Source: an uncultured Spirochaetota bacterium (GTDB lineage Bacteria; Spirochaetota; Brevinematia; Brevinematales; JAOACQ01). From it: a stretch of DNA of 64,000 bases. The DNA is taken from assembly GCA_963835575.1 (NCBI GenBank), contig CAWIGG010000002.1, positions 1,216,001 through 1,280,000 of the forward strand, given 5' to 3'. Position 1 is the first letter of the stretch, and the number at the start of each line of letters is the position of its first letter. The notes beneath the pieces are model-generated. The model did not search any database. It saw nothing but the letters and a program-made list of their open reading frames with translations, and had not been told where the DNA came from. This document shows, piece after piece, positions 1 through 10,170 of the stretch. The translations under genes and the position numbers were made by a program.

Positions 1-387
1 AAAATCCACGCCGAGTAAAAATGTAAAACCCATATCCCCGGATTCATTAAGCACCATCGATACTCCCCGGCAGACAGGAAGGAAACTGTTAATATAATCC
101 TGTTTTTGAAGAATCATTTTGACGTTAGTATATCCACTCAGTACTTCAGTAGCCGTCAGCATTCCACCGGCAATAACTGCTTCATCCTTCTGGTTGGTTG
201 AAATAAGTACAATATCGCCGGTAAACCGCTCTACAATATTTTTCTGCATTCCTTCGTCCATTCCGGAGATCACAGCGCTGCCTAACGTCATGAGAAAAGC
301 GCCTAGAAAAAGGATTATACCTATAATGAAGCTCTTACCTTTATGGCGGAGAATATTTCGCCATGCTATTTTAAAAATGAGGCTCAT
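1..387 (-). CDS. ABC transporter permease (MacB/LolE/FtsX-like), 5' part only; runs off the window
   Basis: Not in the ORF track. My translation from ATG at 387 is MSLIFKIAWRNILRHKGKSFIIGIILFLGAFLMTLGSAVISGM..., open to position 1. It lies directly downstream of the ABC ATPase. Confidence 0.85.
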   Translation of the reverse strand, partial: MSLIFKIAWRNILRHKGKSFIIGIILFLGAFLMTLGSAVISGMDEGMQKNIVERFTGDIVLISTNQKDEAVIAGGMLTATEVLSGYTNVKMILQKQDYINSFLPVCRGVSMVLNESGDMGFTFLLGVDF

Positions 388-396
388 ATTTCCCCC

Positions 397-1089
397 CTAA
401 TGGTTCAGATTTTCTATGGAAACAATTTGACCGTCCTTAATTTTAACAACATCTTTTGCGTATTGAAGAACATCCGGATCATGTGTTGAAAAAATAAAAG
501 TAGTTTTTTCAATTTGATTCAGCTCTTTCATAAGCTCAAGAATTGTTGCCCCGGTTTCGGAATCAAGGTTTGCAGTCGGTTCATCGGCAAGAATGATATC
601 AGGATTTGTTACAAGAGCCCTGGCTATGGCCACTCTCTGCCTCTGACCTCCTGATAATTCAGCAGGCCTGTGCTTGACATAATCTTTTAAACCGACTTCC
701 TCAATGAGTTTTTCCGTTCTTTTCCGGATCTCATCTTTTGAGAATTTTTTCATAAGAAGAAGCGGAAACTCAACATTTTCCTGTACATCAAGAACAGGAA
801 TCAGGTTAAAAGTCTGAAAAATAAAACCGATCTTATAGAGACGCAAATCGGTCAATTGCTTATCCGTCATAGATGTAATTTCCTGACCATGGATTTTAAT
901 ACTCCCTGTTGAAGCATTATCAATACACCCGATTAAATTAAGAAGGGTTGTTTTGCCGCTTCCTGAAGGACCGACTATTGAAAGGAAGTCCCCTTCTTCA
1001 ATAGTAAGATCCACGCCTCTTACCGCGTGAACTGTTGTATTACCCAGAGGATAATCTTTTTTAACACCTTTTAATTCAATAATATTCAT
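397..1089 (-). CDS. ABC transporter ATP-binding protein (LolD/MacB-type)
   Basis: Walker A GPSGSGKT, signature LSGGQRQRVAIARAL, Walker B ILADEPT, H-loop STHD. Confidence 0.95.
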   Translation of the reverse strand: MNIIELKGVKKDYPLGNTTVHAVRGVDLTIEEGDFLSIVGPSGSGKTTLLNLIGCIDNASTGSIKIHGQEITSMTDKQLTDLRLYKIGFIFQTFNLIPVLDVQENVEFPLLLMKKFSKDEIRKRTEKLIEEVGLKDYVKHRPAELSGGQRQRVAIARALVTNPDIILADEPTANLDSETGATILELMKELNQIEKTTFIFSTHDPDVLQYAKDVVKIKDGQIVSIENLNH

Positions 1090-1625
1090 GGCGCCTCCCT
1101 TTCTATACTATTATTGAGATAATTTTTCGGATATCATAAATCTAAATTAAAAATATTACAAATTCATAAAATTACATTTTATATGTTAGCAATATTTATA
1201 CCACTATAATTTACTCTTAATATTATACCATTTAATTGAATGAACTCATCATTTCCGTTCTTTTTAATCAAAAATGATATATCAGATGTGATAAATTATC
1301 ATAATTTTACTATTATTAATTTTAAATATATTATTATTTGACGATAACGGCAAGAAAATATTGCATTTTATAAAAGTTAAATGTTTTAAGTTTATAAACA
1401 AACTGAATTCATAATCGCCCAAATCAAATATAGAAAATATTAACCGATTTGATATCGTTATGTAATATATCGTATTGATATATTTTATAATGATATAATT
1501 TTTTTGTCAAGAAATATTTTAGTTTTTTAATTAATCAAATTCCTTAATTGCAGGCATAAATATCTTGAAGCAAACGTTTTTTTAATCAAAACTTCTAAAA
1601 AATAAAAACTCCGCTCAGATTATCA

Positions 1626-3021
1626 GAGTTATAATAGAAAGTTGTGTATAGGAATAAATATTATAAAAAAGATGGCGTACCCTCTATAATTTATTTACGA
1701 CAATAAACAAAAGGAGGAATACGCCATATGCCGAAGCACAACGAAGATTTTAAGCTCTTAGAGGCTTTTAATCAAGATGAAACAGTAGAATTTTTATGTC
1801 TTGAAGAATTGGCAAGGATCGGGGCCAGGGAAATAATCAAGAAGGCTCTGGAAGATGAAATTAATGGGTTTCTTCAGGAGAGAGAGCATTTAACTATCGA
1901 AGACGGGAGAAAGGCAATAGTAAGAAATGGGTATCATAAAGCCCGTCAGATTCTCATTGGTGGAGGGGCTATTGATGTATGTATTCCGAGAACAAGGAAC
2001 CGACTCGGAGGCGACAATTTTCAAAGCCTAATAGTACCGCCGTATATGAGAAAAAGCCTGAGAATTGAGGAAGCCATTCCATTGTTGTATCTCTATGGAG
2101 TCTCAGAGATGGATATGGAGAATGCCTTGAGAGGATTGCTTGGTGAAGAAGCGAAAGGATTATCAGCCTCAAGTATAAGCAGAATGAAACAAGGATGGGG
2201 TAAAGAATATGATGAGTGGCGGACATCCGATTTAAGCGATAAAAAGTATTGCTATATATGGGTTGACGGCATTTACTTCAATGTACAGGGCAGCGAAGAC
2301 CGTTTATGCACTCTTGTAATGATCGGAGCCAATGAGAATGGTGAAAAGGAGATTATTCTTGTTGAAGAAGGTTACAGAGAGAATTCCGAGACTTGGTTAG
2401 GGATATTAAGAAACCTAAAAGAAAAAGGTTTGAAAGGTCCTATTCTTTTTATCGGAGACGGAAGCCTTGGATTCTGGAAAGCAGCCAAAGAAGTATATCC
2501 TGAATCCAGATGGCAGAGATGCTGGGTTCATAAGATAAAGAACATTCTAAACAAGCTGCCCAAAGTATTACAGTCAAAGGCAAAAGAGATGCTTCATGAG
2601 ATATGCAATGCTCCTGATAAGGATAATGCTATCAAAGCTTTTGAATTATTCCAGGCGGTTTTTAATCCTAAATATCCAGCAGCTGTCGAATGTTTAGAAA
2701 AGGATTGGGAGCTTATGATCGAATTTTATAACTGTCCGGCGGAACATTGGGTACATATCCGTACGACAAACGTAATAGAATCTACCTTCTCTACAGTTCG
2801 ATTAAGAACTAAAAAGATGAGAGGCTGCGGAACCAGGGAAACGATTCTAATAATGGTCTATAAATTACTGGATAAGGCATCCAGGCGATGGAGAAAATTA
2901 AGAGGTTATGAAAAGATTAGCCTTGTATTGGAAGGCGCTGTTTTTGAGAACGGAGAGCTTGTAAAAAAGGCAGCATAAAAAAATGAGAGGGTATGTCATA
3001 CACAACATTTGACAAAAACTC
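1626..3021 (+). mobile_element. IS256-family insertion sequence, copy 1 (1396 bp)
   Basis: Imperfect 24-bp terminal IRs GAGTTATAATAGAAAGTTGTGTAT / rc GAGTTTTTGTCAAATGTTGTGTAT. 8-bp target duplication GATTATCA at 1618-1625 and 3022-3029. Confidence 0.95.
1728..2978 (+). CDS. IS256-family transposase
   Basis: Mutator-type motifs RNGY, YIWVDG, IGDG, QRCWVHK, IRTTNVIES. Confidence 0.95.
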   Translation: MPKHNEDFKLLEAFNQDETVEFLCLEELARIGAREIIKKALEDEINGFLQEREHLTIEDGRKAIVRNGYHKARQILIGGGAIDVCIPRTRNRLGGDNFQSLIVPPYMRKSLRIEEAIPLLYLYGVSEMDMENALRGLLGEEAKGLSASSISRMKQGWGKEYDEWRTSDLSDKKYCYIWVDGIYFNVQGSEDRLCTLVMIGANENGEKEIILVEEGYRENSETWLGILRNLKEKGLKGPILFIGDGSLGFWKAAKEVYPESRWQRCWVHKIKNILNKLPKVLQSKAKEMLHEICNAPDKDNAIKAFELFQAVFNPKYPAAVECLEKDWELMIEFYNCPAEHWVHIRTTNVIESTFSTVRLRTKKMRGCGTRETILIMVYKLLDKASRRWRKLRGYEKISLVLEGAVFENGELVKKAA

Positions 3022-3087
3022 GATTATCAATATTTGTTTGTTAATGATAAAATAATTCAAATTATCTCAATTTATTATATAATATTA

Positions 3088-4345
3088 CATTGCTGTCCAA
3101 ATTAGGAAAAATTCAAACACAATTGAGAGTCTTGTGATATCGAAGCTTTCTGGTGAAAAGGAGCATTTAACCAATCCCACAAGTCCCTTCTGGCAAAAAG
3201 GTTGGTCGGAAGCACAGAACAAAGGGTGTAAATCCTCGATTTAAATTTTAAATAACTTAAAAGCAGATAAGCGATCAGAGCCACCCATAATTGGGACAGC
3301 AGAGCGTTTTTTGAAGTGCCGATAAAGCTCTTAACTTTCAATTGCTGTTTAAGAGTCTTGAAAAATAATTCAATCTGCCATCTTTCCTTGTATATTTTCG
3401 CGATGGTTAAGGGAGACCAATCAAAGTTATTGGTCAACAGAACAACCGTCTTTCCGGTTTCAGGATCGATTGCCCTGATCCTTCGGAGCTTACCGGGATA
3501 TTTTTTCACGGAAGTCAGCCCGGTCCATTTGATAATCTGATCGGATGTGATCGTCGTTTGTCTTGTAACGTCATTCCGTTCCAAAACTCTATATTGATAG
3601 TTGCATTTCAATCGGGTGACAAATGTAATTCCTGTATTATCAAGGGATTGAAACCATTCAAAACGGTTATAACCTTTGTCGAAAACAACTACATCGCCCC
3701 TTTCAAGAGGTATCAATGGAGCAATATTTTGTTCATGAATACTGCCTTCTGTAACTATAGCAAAAGCGGGTAGATAACCGGAATGATTGAGCTTCACATG
3801 AAGCTTGACCGCTCCTTTTGTTTTACGGAAAGTCGCCCAATCATAAAGAGACAGACATAAATCAATGGTCGTGGCGTCCAGACTGTAGAGAGGATTCTTG
3901 AAACGGAATTTATGCCGGGGCGCCGCTTCTTCACATTTGGACAGCATACGGTAAAAAATGTTCTCAAAAAGTGATTGAGTCCGATGTTCGTTAGCATATG
4001 CCAGAGTGGAACGGTGAATCGGCCTGATTCCAAGATGATAAAGCGTTGAAGCTTGCGTCGCCAATCCCGCTTCAATCCCCCTTAAACTATCCTGGCCGGC
4101 CAATTGACCAAAAAGCATAGCTGTAAAATGATTCCAGGAACTGAAACCGCGGGAATGATATTCGGCTCCAGTCTCAATAACAGCTTTCTGAAATTCAAAT
4201 CTCGGAAACATTTGCATTATCTGCCCCATTATTGTATGATTATTCATAAGCCTAACCTCCTTGATATGTAATGATTTAGGTCTGCTAACCCTTATCATTA
4301 TAAGGCAAGGTTAGGCTTTTTCAATTTCTAATTTGGACACGTGTG
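3088..4345 (-). mobile_element. IS4-family insertion sequence (1258 bp)
   Basis: Ends CATTGCTGTCCAAATT / rc CACACGTGTCCAAATT. 9-bp target duplication ATAATATTA at 3079-3087 and 4346-4354. Confidence 0.92.
3102..4247 (-). CDS. IS4-family transposase (DUF4372-like N-terminus plus DDE domain)
   Basis: SLDATTIDL, FDKGY, YKERWQIELFFK (YREK-type motif). Start moved to ATG 4247, which follows a GGAGG RBS. Confidence 0.92.
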   Translation of the reverse strand: MNNHTIMGQIMQMFPRFEFQKAVIETGAEYHSRGFSSWNHFTAMLFGQLAGQDSLRGIEAGLATQASTLYHLGIRPIHRSTLAYANEHRTQSLFENIFYRMLSKCEEAAPRHKFRFKNPLYSLDATTIDLCLSLYDWATFRKTKGAVKLHVKLNHSGYLPAFAIVTEGSIHEQNIAPLIPLERGDVVVFDKGYNRFEWFQSLDNTGITFVTRLKCNYQYRVLERNDVTRQTTITSDQIIKWTGLTSVKKYPGKLRRIRAIDPETGKTVVLLTNNFDWSPLTIAKIYKERWQIELFFKTLKQQLKVKSFIGTSKNALLSQLWVALIAYLLLSYLKFKSRIYTLCSVLPTNLFARRDLWDWLNAPFHQKASISQDSQLCLNFS

Positions 4346-4368
4346 ATAATATTAAAAAGGAATTCTTT

Positions 4369-5238
4369 ATGTATTTAGAAAAAGAGGCAATTGAATATTT
4401 TAGAAAATACGATTTCTTAAAAAACATATTACTTAAGATAACTTCTCATGATTTTGGAGAAATACCTTCGCGCCGGATCGGCAGAAATATGGAATTTGAA
4501 CAATACAGGGAATATATCCCCGGTGATGAAGTCCGTGATATAGATTGGAAAGTATATGCCAGAAGCGGTAAAGCCTTTATTAAAAATTACGGAAGCGACG
4601 CCAGCTTCAAGATCCGGATTATACTGGATAACAGCCTTTCAATGAATTATCCCGGCGGCCCTGATTCAAAATTAGAAACAGCCAAAAAAATTATCGCAGT
4701 ATTAACATATCTTCTCATCAATGCTAAAAACAATATTTTCTTATCTGTTTTAAATGAAACTTATACTGATCTGGGCAGGATAAGCCTAAATTATCTGGAA
4801 GATATTTTGCGCCAGGTAAATCCGGCAAATAAAACAGATATAGCCGGAATCAAAATGCCGCCATCTAAAGAAATATGTTATATTATCAGTGACGGTTGGT
4901 GGGATATTAACAACAAACCCGATGAATCGGTTCATTTTCTTATTAATAACAAGATAAATTTTTTACATATTTTATCTCAGGAAGAGATCTCATTGAATTT
5001 CAGCGGCAATTTTGAGCTTACAGACAGTGAGACTTCAGCGAAAACCGATATCATTGTCTCTGAAATAAGATCAGAATATATAAAAAAAATAGAGGAAAGA
5101 ATCCGTACATACAGAACCGCATTTTTAAAAAACGGACTTCTATACGATATATTTCCGCTTCATATTCCTTATTATGTTAATTTAAAAAACTGCCTTGATA
5201 GATCTATTTTTATGACAAATAAAAGGCAGGTATTATAA
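4369..5238 (+). CDS. DUF58-domain protein (MoxR-associated, vWA-like)
   Basis: EFEQYREYIPGDEVRDIDWKVYAR and ILDNSLSM motifs. The ORF-track start at 4333 lies inside the IS4 end, so ATG 4369 is preferred. Confidence 0.88.
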   Translation: MYLEKEAIEYFRKYDFLKNILLKITSHDFGEIPSRRIGRNMEFEQYREYIPGDEVRDIDWKVYARSGKAFIKNYGSDASFKIRIILDNSLSMNYPGGPDSKLETAKKIIAVLTYLLINAKNNIFLSVLNETYTDLGRISLNYLEDILRQVNPANKTDIAGIKMPPSKEICYIISDGWWDINNKPDESVHFLINNKINFLHILSQEEISLNFSGNFELTDSETSAKTDIIVSEIRSEYIKKIEERIRTYRTAFLKNGLLYDIFPLHIPYYVNLKNCLDRSIFMTNKRQVL

Positions 5239-5240
5239 AA

Positions 5241-6923
5241 ATGAGTTTCCTCCATCTTTATTTTCTTTATTTTATTCCTCTTATACTTATCCCTCTTTTA
5301 AGCTTGCTTCTATTCCGTATGAACAGAAAGAAGATGGTGTTTCCGTCTCTGGAAATCATTCAGGGGATCATGAAAAAAAAACTTTCGCATAATAAGCTGA
5401 AAATACGCTTAAAACAATTAATACGTTTTATTATTATCGCCCTTGTTATTCTGGCTTTTGCCGGACCGGTTCCAGGATCTCATAACAATAATCAGGAATA
5501 TACCGTTATCATTGATAATACTCTCTCCATGAGCCTTTTTGAAATAGACAAAATACTTTCCGGCCTTAATGACAAATATACAATTAATAAAACGTATTTC
5601 GGGAAAGAACTTTATGATCCTGAAAAAAAACGCTGGGATTATCATTCTGAACAGACTATCGATATTTTATCATCCGTTCTGGCTAAAGAAAATATCAGAA
5701 AGGCTATTCTGATTACAGACGGTCAGAAAGCCAATTTTAAAAAAACAATCCAGGGCTATAATAAATTACAGGAATTAATCATTATTATTCTTAAAAAAGA
5801 AGAGTATCCGAGAAATATATATATTAAGGACTTTTCATATTTTCCTTTAAGCGCCATTTCAGGAAAAAAAACAGAATTCACTATAAATGTCGGCGGCGAC
5901 TGCAGGAAAAACGATAAGCTGACGCTTATAATTAATGATAAGATAATATTTTCCGGCACTGCTGAACCGAAACTGCGGTTTTCCCGCTTTTTGGAAAATA
6001 CTACAGTTCACCGAGGTTTAAATTGGGGAATTATCAGGTTAGAAGGCGATGATTTTACAAATGATAATTATTACTATTTCCCCATTTTAGCTATTCCAAA
6101 ACCTAGAATATATAATGATTTTGATTCCTCTATCATAACCAGGATCATGAACAGCATTTTTGATTCATATTATTTTACAAGAAATCCATTATCAGCAGAT
6201 ATCGTCTTTTCAAGTACTCTCAGCCGCTTATCGAAAGGAAAGATCAATATCGCTTTTTACGATAACAATGATGCCATAGAAAACGCTCTGCGTCCGCTTT
6301 TAATTTTCCCTGAATTTAAAAACAATCTGACAAAAGATAAAATCAATTCTTCTTTTCCGATTCTCGGCCTTTTGCAGAATGTATCCCTGAAAACCAGGTT
6401 CGTTTTAAAAAATGACAATCCATCGGCTAAGCTCTTAGCCGGTTCAGGGAATATTCCTCTTTTATATGAAATTGAGAACAAAGATATGTCATTTTATTTA
6501 TTCACTTTTTCAATAAAAGAAAATGAGGAAAAACTGAATAATTCTTCTTTTCTTCTTTTGACCGTTAACGAGGTCCTGATGCGGCATTATATAAAGCAGT
6601 TTATTATTGATAAAGAAGAAAAAACATCCGGTCTTTTTTATGATCAAAAAGGACGTATTGCTGATGTAAAAGAAGGCCCCGGCATTTATATGGAAAAAAC
6701 GACCGGCAAGTATATAGTTGAAAATATTCAGGATGAATCGGTTTTTGATTATTATACTGAAAAAGAGCTTTTTAAGATGATTGAACCTGGATTGAAAAAC
6801 AAAACACAGATATTGTCTTATTCTGATAAAACTGAGCAGGGTTCCTCTAACCCGCTTTTTTCATTATCATCGCTGATTATATTAATAGCGATTATACTGA
6901 TGCTAGTGGAAATATTTTTATAA
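5241..6923 (+). CDS. BatA-like N-terminal double-TM protein with vWA-like domain and C-terminal membrane anchor
   Basis: N-terminal LYFIPLILIPLL...VFPSL, VIIDNTLSM, ILITDGQ; hydrophobic C-terminus; follows the DUF58 gene. Confidence 0.75.
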   Translation: MSFLHLYFLYFIPLILIPLLSLLLFRMNRKKMVFPSLEIIQGIMKKKLSHNKLKIRLKQLIRFIIIALVILAFAGPVPGSHNNNQEYTVIIDNTLSMSLFEIDKILSGLNDKYTINKTYFGKELYDPEKKRWDYHSEQTIDILSSVLAKENIRKAILITDGQKANFKKTIQGYNKLQELIIIILKKEEYPRNIYIKDFSYFPLSAISGKKTEFTINVGGDCRKNDKLTLIINDKIIFSGTAEPKLRFSRFLENTTVHRGLNWGIIRLEGDDFTNDNYYYFPILAIPKPRIYNDFDSSIITRIMNSIFDSYYFTRNPLSADIVFSSTLSRLSKGKINIAFYDNNDAIENALRPLLIFPEFKNNLTKDKINSSFPILGLLQNVSLKTRFVLKNDNPSAKLLAGSGNIPLLYEIENKDMSFYLFTFSIKENEEKLNNSSFLLLTVNEVLMRHYIKQFIIDKEEKTSGLFYDQKGRIADVKEGPGIYMEKTTGKYIVENIQDESVFDYYTEKELFKMIEPGLKNKTQILSYSDKTEQGSSNPLFSLSSLIILIAIILMLVEIFL

Positions 6924-7122
6924 TTAAATTATTTTTATCTAACAGTTCTATTTAAACCTTTTATTAAAAGCGGATTGGTCAAGCCAGGCGGGTTTCGGTT
7001 TCTCTACGGTCCTGGCTGATAAAAATGAGATATTTGTCATATCAGATTCTGAATGGGGAAAAATAAGCAGATAAATACAATATCCGCTATATAAAAAAGG
7101 GATTATAAAAAGCCCTTTTTTA

Positions 7123-7599
7123 TTACTCAACGTTTTCCATTTCTTTATCGCTTTTAGCGATGATGGTTTCATCACTCTTTTCATAATTAGGTTCCGCTGT
7201 ACCAAGCTGCTTATCCAGTTCAGCGTCTGATGGAACATTGGATAGCTGTTCTTCTTTATTAAGTTCAGCTTCCTTCGGCACATTGTTTCCCTTATTTGCT
7301 TTTATTGCCAGTATGGCCAGCAATCTCGCCCGCCTGGAATGAAAAACAGCCCTTAAGAACTCTCTTTTATTGAATAGGAGTTTTGAATATTTTTGATGAG
7401 CTGCGGCTTTTGCCAGATCCCCAGTATAAATTTTTCCTTCTTTGACCGCGTTTTTAGCTGCAATTAAAACAATACTTGTTCTGACAAGGAATCTCCTCGA
7501 CGCCATTTTTGTCATAATAATGTTTCTTGAAAAAAGCATAGGAGTGGATAGAATTAATAATGCCAGGGATAATAAAAAGATCCTCTTGGTTAATTTCAT
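7123..7599 (-). CDS. Hypothetical secreted helical protein
   Basis: GGAGG RBS before ATG 7599. Signal-peptide-like MKLTKRIFLLSLALLILSTPMLFS, basic core, acidic tail. Confidence 0.75.
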   Translation of the reverse strand: MKLTKRIFLLSLALLILSTPMLFSRNIIMTKMASRRFLVRTSIVLIAAKNAVKEGKIYTGDLAKAAAHQKYSKLLFNKREFLRAVFHSRRARLLAILAIKANKGNNVPKEAELNKEEQLSNVPSDAELDKQLGTAEPNYEKSDETIIAKSDKEMENVE

Positions 7600-7726
7600 A
7601 TAACCTCCTTTATTCAGCATAATAAAAGAATTATAAGAAAATACCGGCAAATCGTCAAGACTAATTTCAGAAATAAAGAATATTACTTTTTTCTTATTGA
7701 ACGTATTGATATACGGATAGGATAAT

Positions 7727-7798
7727 TACCCCCTGAGGGAATCGAACCCTCGCTGCAGGGTTGAAAACCCTGTGTCCTAACCACTAGACGAAGGGGGC
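7727..7798 (-). tRNA. tRNA-Glu (anticodon TTC); CCA not encoded
   Basis: The reverse complement GCCCCCTTCGTCTAGTGGTTAGGACACAGGGTTTTCAACCCTGCAGCGAGGGTTCGATTCCCTCAGGGGGTA folds as a cloverleaf. Anticodon arm CAGGG-TT-TTC-AA-CCCTG; T-loop GTTCGAT. Confidence 0.97.
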
Positions 7799-8124
7799 AA
7801 ACAATGTTGCCCTTGAAAGGGAAAATATTATACTATGAACCTGTGTTCCTGTCAAAAAACAGGACAATTGAAATTATTTTGAAAAAAATTTGAAGCGATT
7901 TTATTATTTATTGAAAATATTCTTTTTGATATCCGGCATAACCCACAAGAGCCGGACAATTTCCGTAATCGGGAAAGATTCTTTTTCTCTTCAATAAATA
8001 TTTCTAAAAAAAATATTCTTCTTTGACAAATTATTCTTATTTTAATATTATTATAGCTGTATTGTTTCAGATTTTAAACTTTAAATGGATCCAATTAAGC
8101 TAAATAATTAAAAGGAGTCATGAT

Positions 8125-9600
8125 ATGGAAAGCATTTTTTCTAATATAAGGTCTAAAAACCCGAAGGGCATTTATGAATATAATATACTCATTGACGGCT
8201 GCTGGAAATGCGTTTCCAGCGGCAAAAGATTTGATGTCACCAATCCCGCTACCGGAGAAGTAGTCGGAACAGTACCTTCCTGTAATGAAGCGGATGTGCT
8301 GCAGGCTGTGGAATCCGCCAAACAGGGTCTGAATGAAAAAGATTTCGAGCCGGTCCAGAGGCTTGAAGTTATGGATAAGGCGCGTGATATATTATTGGAA
8401 AATCAGAAGGAAGTAGCTGAAATGATTACTCTCGAAAGCGGCAAAGCTATCTCTGTTTCCAATGGCGAGGTTAAATCGACAGCGGAAAGGCTGAAGCTGA
8501 CTATGGAAGAAGCCCGTGTCCTTTACGGCGAATACCTTCCCGGTGAATGGGTTGAGGACACAAAAAGCAAATTCGCCATAGTTCTCCGCAAGCCGCTGGG
8601 TATAGTGGCTGCCATCTCCCCGTTCAATTACCCCCTGTTCCTGGCCGCTTCAAAGATCATACCGGCGCTTCTGGCCGGAAATACTGTGATCGCAAAGCCC
8701 GCAAGCGATACGCCGATCAGCCTGATCATGTTCGCGTGCATACTGGAAAAAGCGGGCCTGCCTAAAGGCGCCCTTCAAATCATAACCGGAAGGGGTTCCA
8801 GTATCGGCGATGCCATCATCACAAATCCGGATATATCCGCAATCAGTTTTACCGGTTCGACCGGCGTAGGTGAAACAATACCTCCCAAAGCCGGCATTAA
8901 GAAACTCCACCTTGAACTCGGCGGAAAAGCATCTGCCATCATTCTTCAGGACGCTGACATCAAACTCGCCGCCTCGCAAATATGCCGCGGCGTCTTCAGG
9001 AATTCCGGCCAGCGCTGCGACGCGGTCAGCCGAGTCCTTGTTGAAAAACCTGTTAAAGAGGAACTAATCTCACAAATCTTGAAAGAATCCGAAAAATACA
9101 AAACCGGCGATCCGATGAACCCGGACACACAGGTCGGCACAGTTATTAATCAGCAGGCGCTGGAGAGGATTCATGGCCTTGTAGAGGACGCTCTGGCAAA
9201 AGGCGCTGTTCTTCTAAAAGGCGGTACTTTTAAGGGCCTCTTTTATGAACCGACTGTCCTGGACAATGTAACCTCGGATATGCGGATCGCATGGGAGGAA
9301 ATATTCGGCCCCGTACTTCCCGTCATTACCGTCAAAGACTGCGATGAAGCCGTTAAAATGTCCAATGCGTCCGAATTCGGCCTGGACAGCTGCCTTTTTA
9401 CTAGAGACTTAAGCCTTGCGCTTAAAATCGCCGGAGAACTGCAGGACGGGAGCGTGACGATCAACTCCGCTCCGGCTCATGGCGTCGGGCATTTCCCGTT
9501 CGGCGGCAACAAAAAATCCGGCCTGGGCCGAGAAGGCATCAAATATTCCATAGACGAACTTACCAAGCTCCATACCATTATAATTTCTGAAAATATTTGA
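8125..9600 (+). CDS. Aldehyde dehydrogenase, probably non-phosphorylating glyceraldehyde-3-phosphate dehydrogenase (GAPN-like)
   Basis: PFNYP, FTGS, LELGGK, GQRC (catalytic Cys), EEIFGP, PFGG.K.SG.GREG. Confidence 0.9.
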   Translation: MESIFSNIRSKNPKGIYEYNILIDGCWKCVSSGKRFDVTNPATGEVVGTVPSCNEADVLQAVESAKQGLNEKDFEPVQRLEVMDKARDILLENQKEVAEMITLESGKAISVSNGEVKSTAERLKLTMEEARVLYGEYLPGEWVEDTKSKFAIVLRKPLGIVAAISPFNYPLFLAASKIIPALLAGNTVIAKPASDTPISLIMFACILEKAGLPKGALQIITGRGSSIGDAIITNPDISAISFTGSTGVGETIPPKAGIKKLHLELGGKASAIILQDADIKLAASQICRGVFRNSGQRCDAVSRVLVEKPVKEELISQILKESEKYKTGDPMNPDTQVGTVINQQALERIHGLVEDALAKGAVLLKGGTFKGLFYEPTVLDNVTSDMRIAWEEIFGPVLPVITVKDCDEAVKMSNASEFGLDSCLFTRDLSLALKIAGELQDGSVTINSAPAHGVGHFPFGGNKKSGLGREGIKYSIDELTKLHTIIISENI

Positions 9601-9650
9601 AGCGGAATTAATTTTATTAATCTGTTCATTCAGTCCTTATTATTATTCAA

Positions 9651-9688
9651 GAGCAGTTACAAAAACTTTAGTTTTTGTAACTGTCCTC
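9651..9688. repeat. Palindromic REP/MITE-end-like element
   Basis: Perfect 14-bp arms CAGTTACAAAAACT-tt-AGTTTTTGTAACTG; similar to the MITE termini at 43109-43312. Confidence 0.75.
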
Positions 9689-9755
9689 AAATAATTTGAC
9701 CATTAAGAAATTTCTTTCTATTATTAAAGATGATGGTTTTTATAGGAGCACAATC

Positions 9756-10139
9756 ATGAATCAATTCATAAATCCTGAATCTGGTCCACAGCCGGCCGGG
9801 CCTTATTCAACAGCCGTATTGACCGCAAACGGCTTTTTGTTTCTTTCCGGTCAGATCAGCCTGGACCCGGCGACAGGGAATCTAAATGGAAGGACTGTCT
9901 CTGAGCAGGCGGTTATCATTCTCAATAATATTAAGAATATTGTTGAAGAATGCTCTTTTTCTCTGCAGGATATTATAAAAGTCGTCATTTATATTACGGA
10001 CATATCACAATTTGCCGAACTCAATAAGCTGTATGAACAGTTTTTCGGCAGTCATAAACCCGTCAGGACAACTGTGGAAGTTTCCCGTCTGCCCAAAGGA
10101 GCGCTGGTTGAAATTGAAGCCGTCTGTTTTCATAGTTAA
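9756..10139 (+). CDS. ridA: RidA/YjgF-family reactive-intermediate deaminase
   Basis: GPYS, LFLSGQI, PVRTTVEVSRLPKGALVEIEA. AGGAG RBS before ATG 9756. Confidence 0.9.
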   Translation: MNQFINPESGPQPAGPYSTAVLTANGFLFLSGQISLDPATGNLNGRTVSEQAVIILNNIKNIVEECSFSLQDIIKVVIYITDISQFAELNKLYEQFFGSHKPVRTTVEVSRLPKGALVEIEAVCFHS

Positions 10140-10170
10140 TCTTATCAGATAAAAAAAGGAGTAAATATTT

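Noticed and set aside
7727..7798. tRNA-Glu as an island integration site
   Set aside because: No duplicated tRNA 3' end and no adjacent integrase were found in the window.
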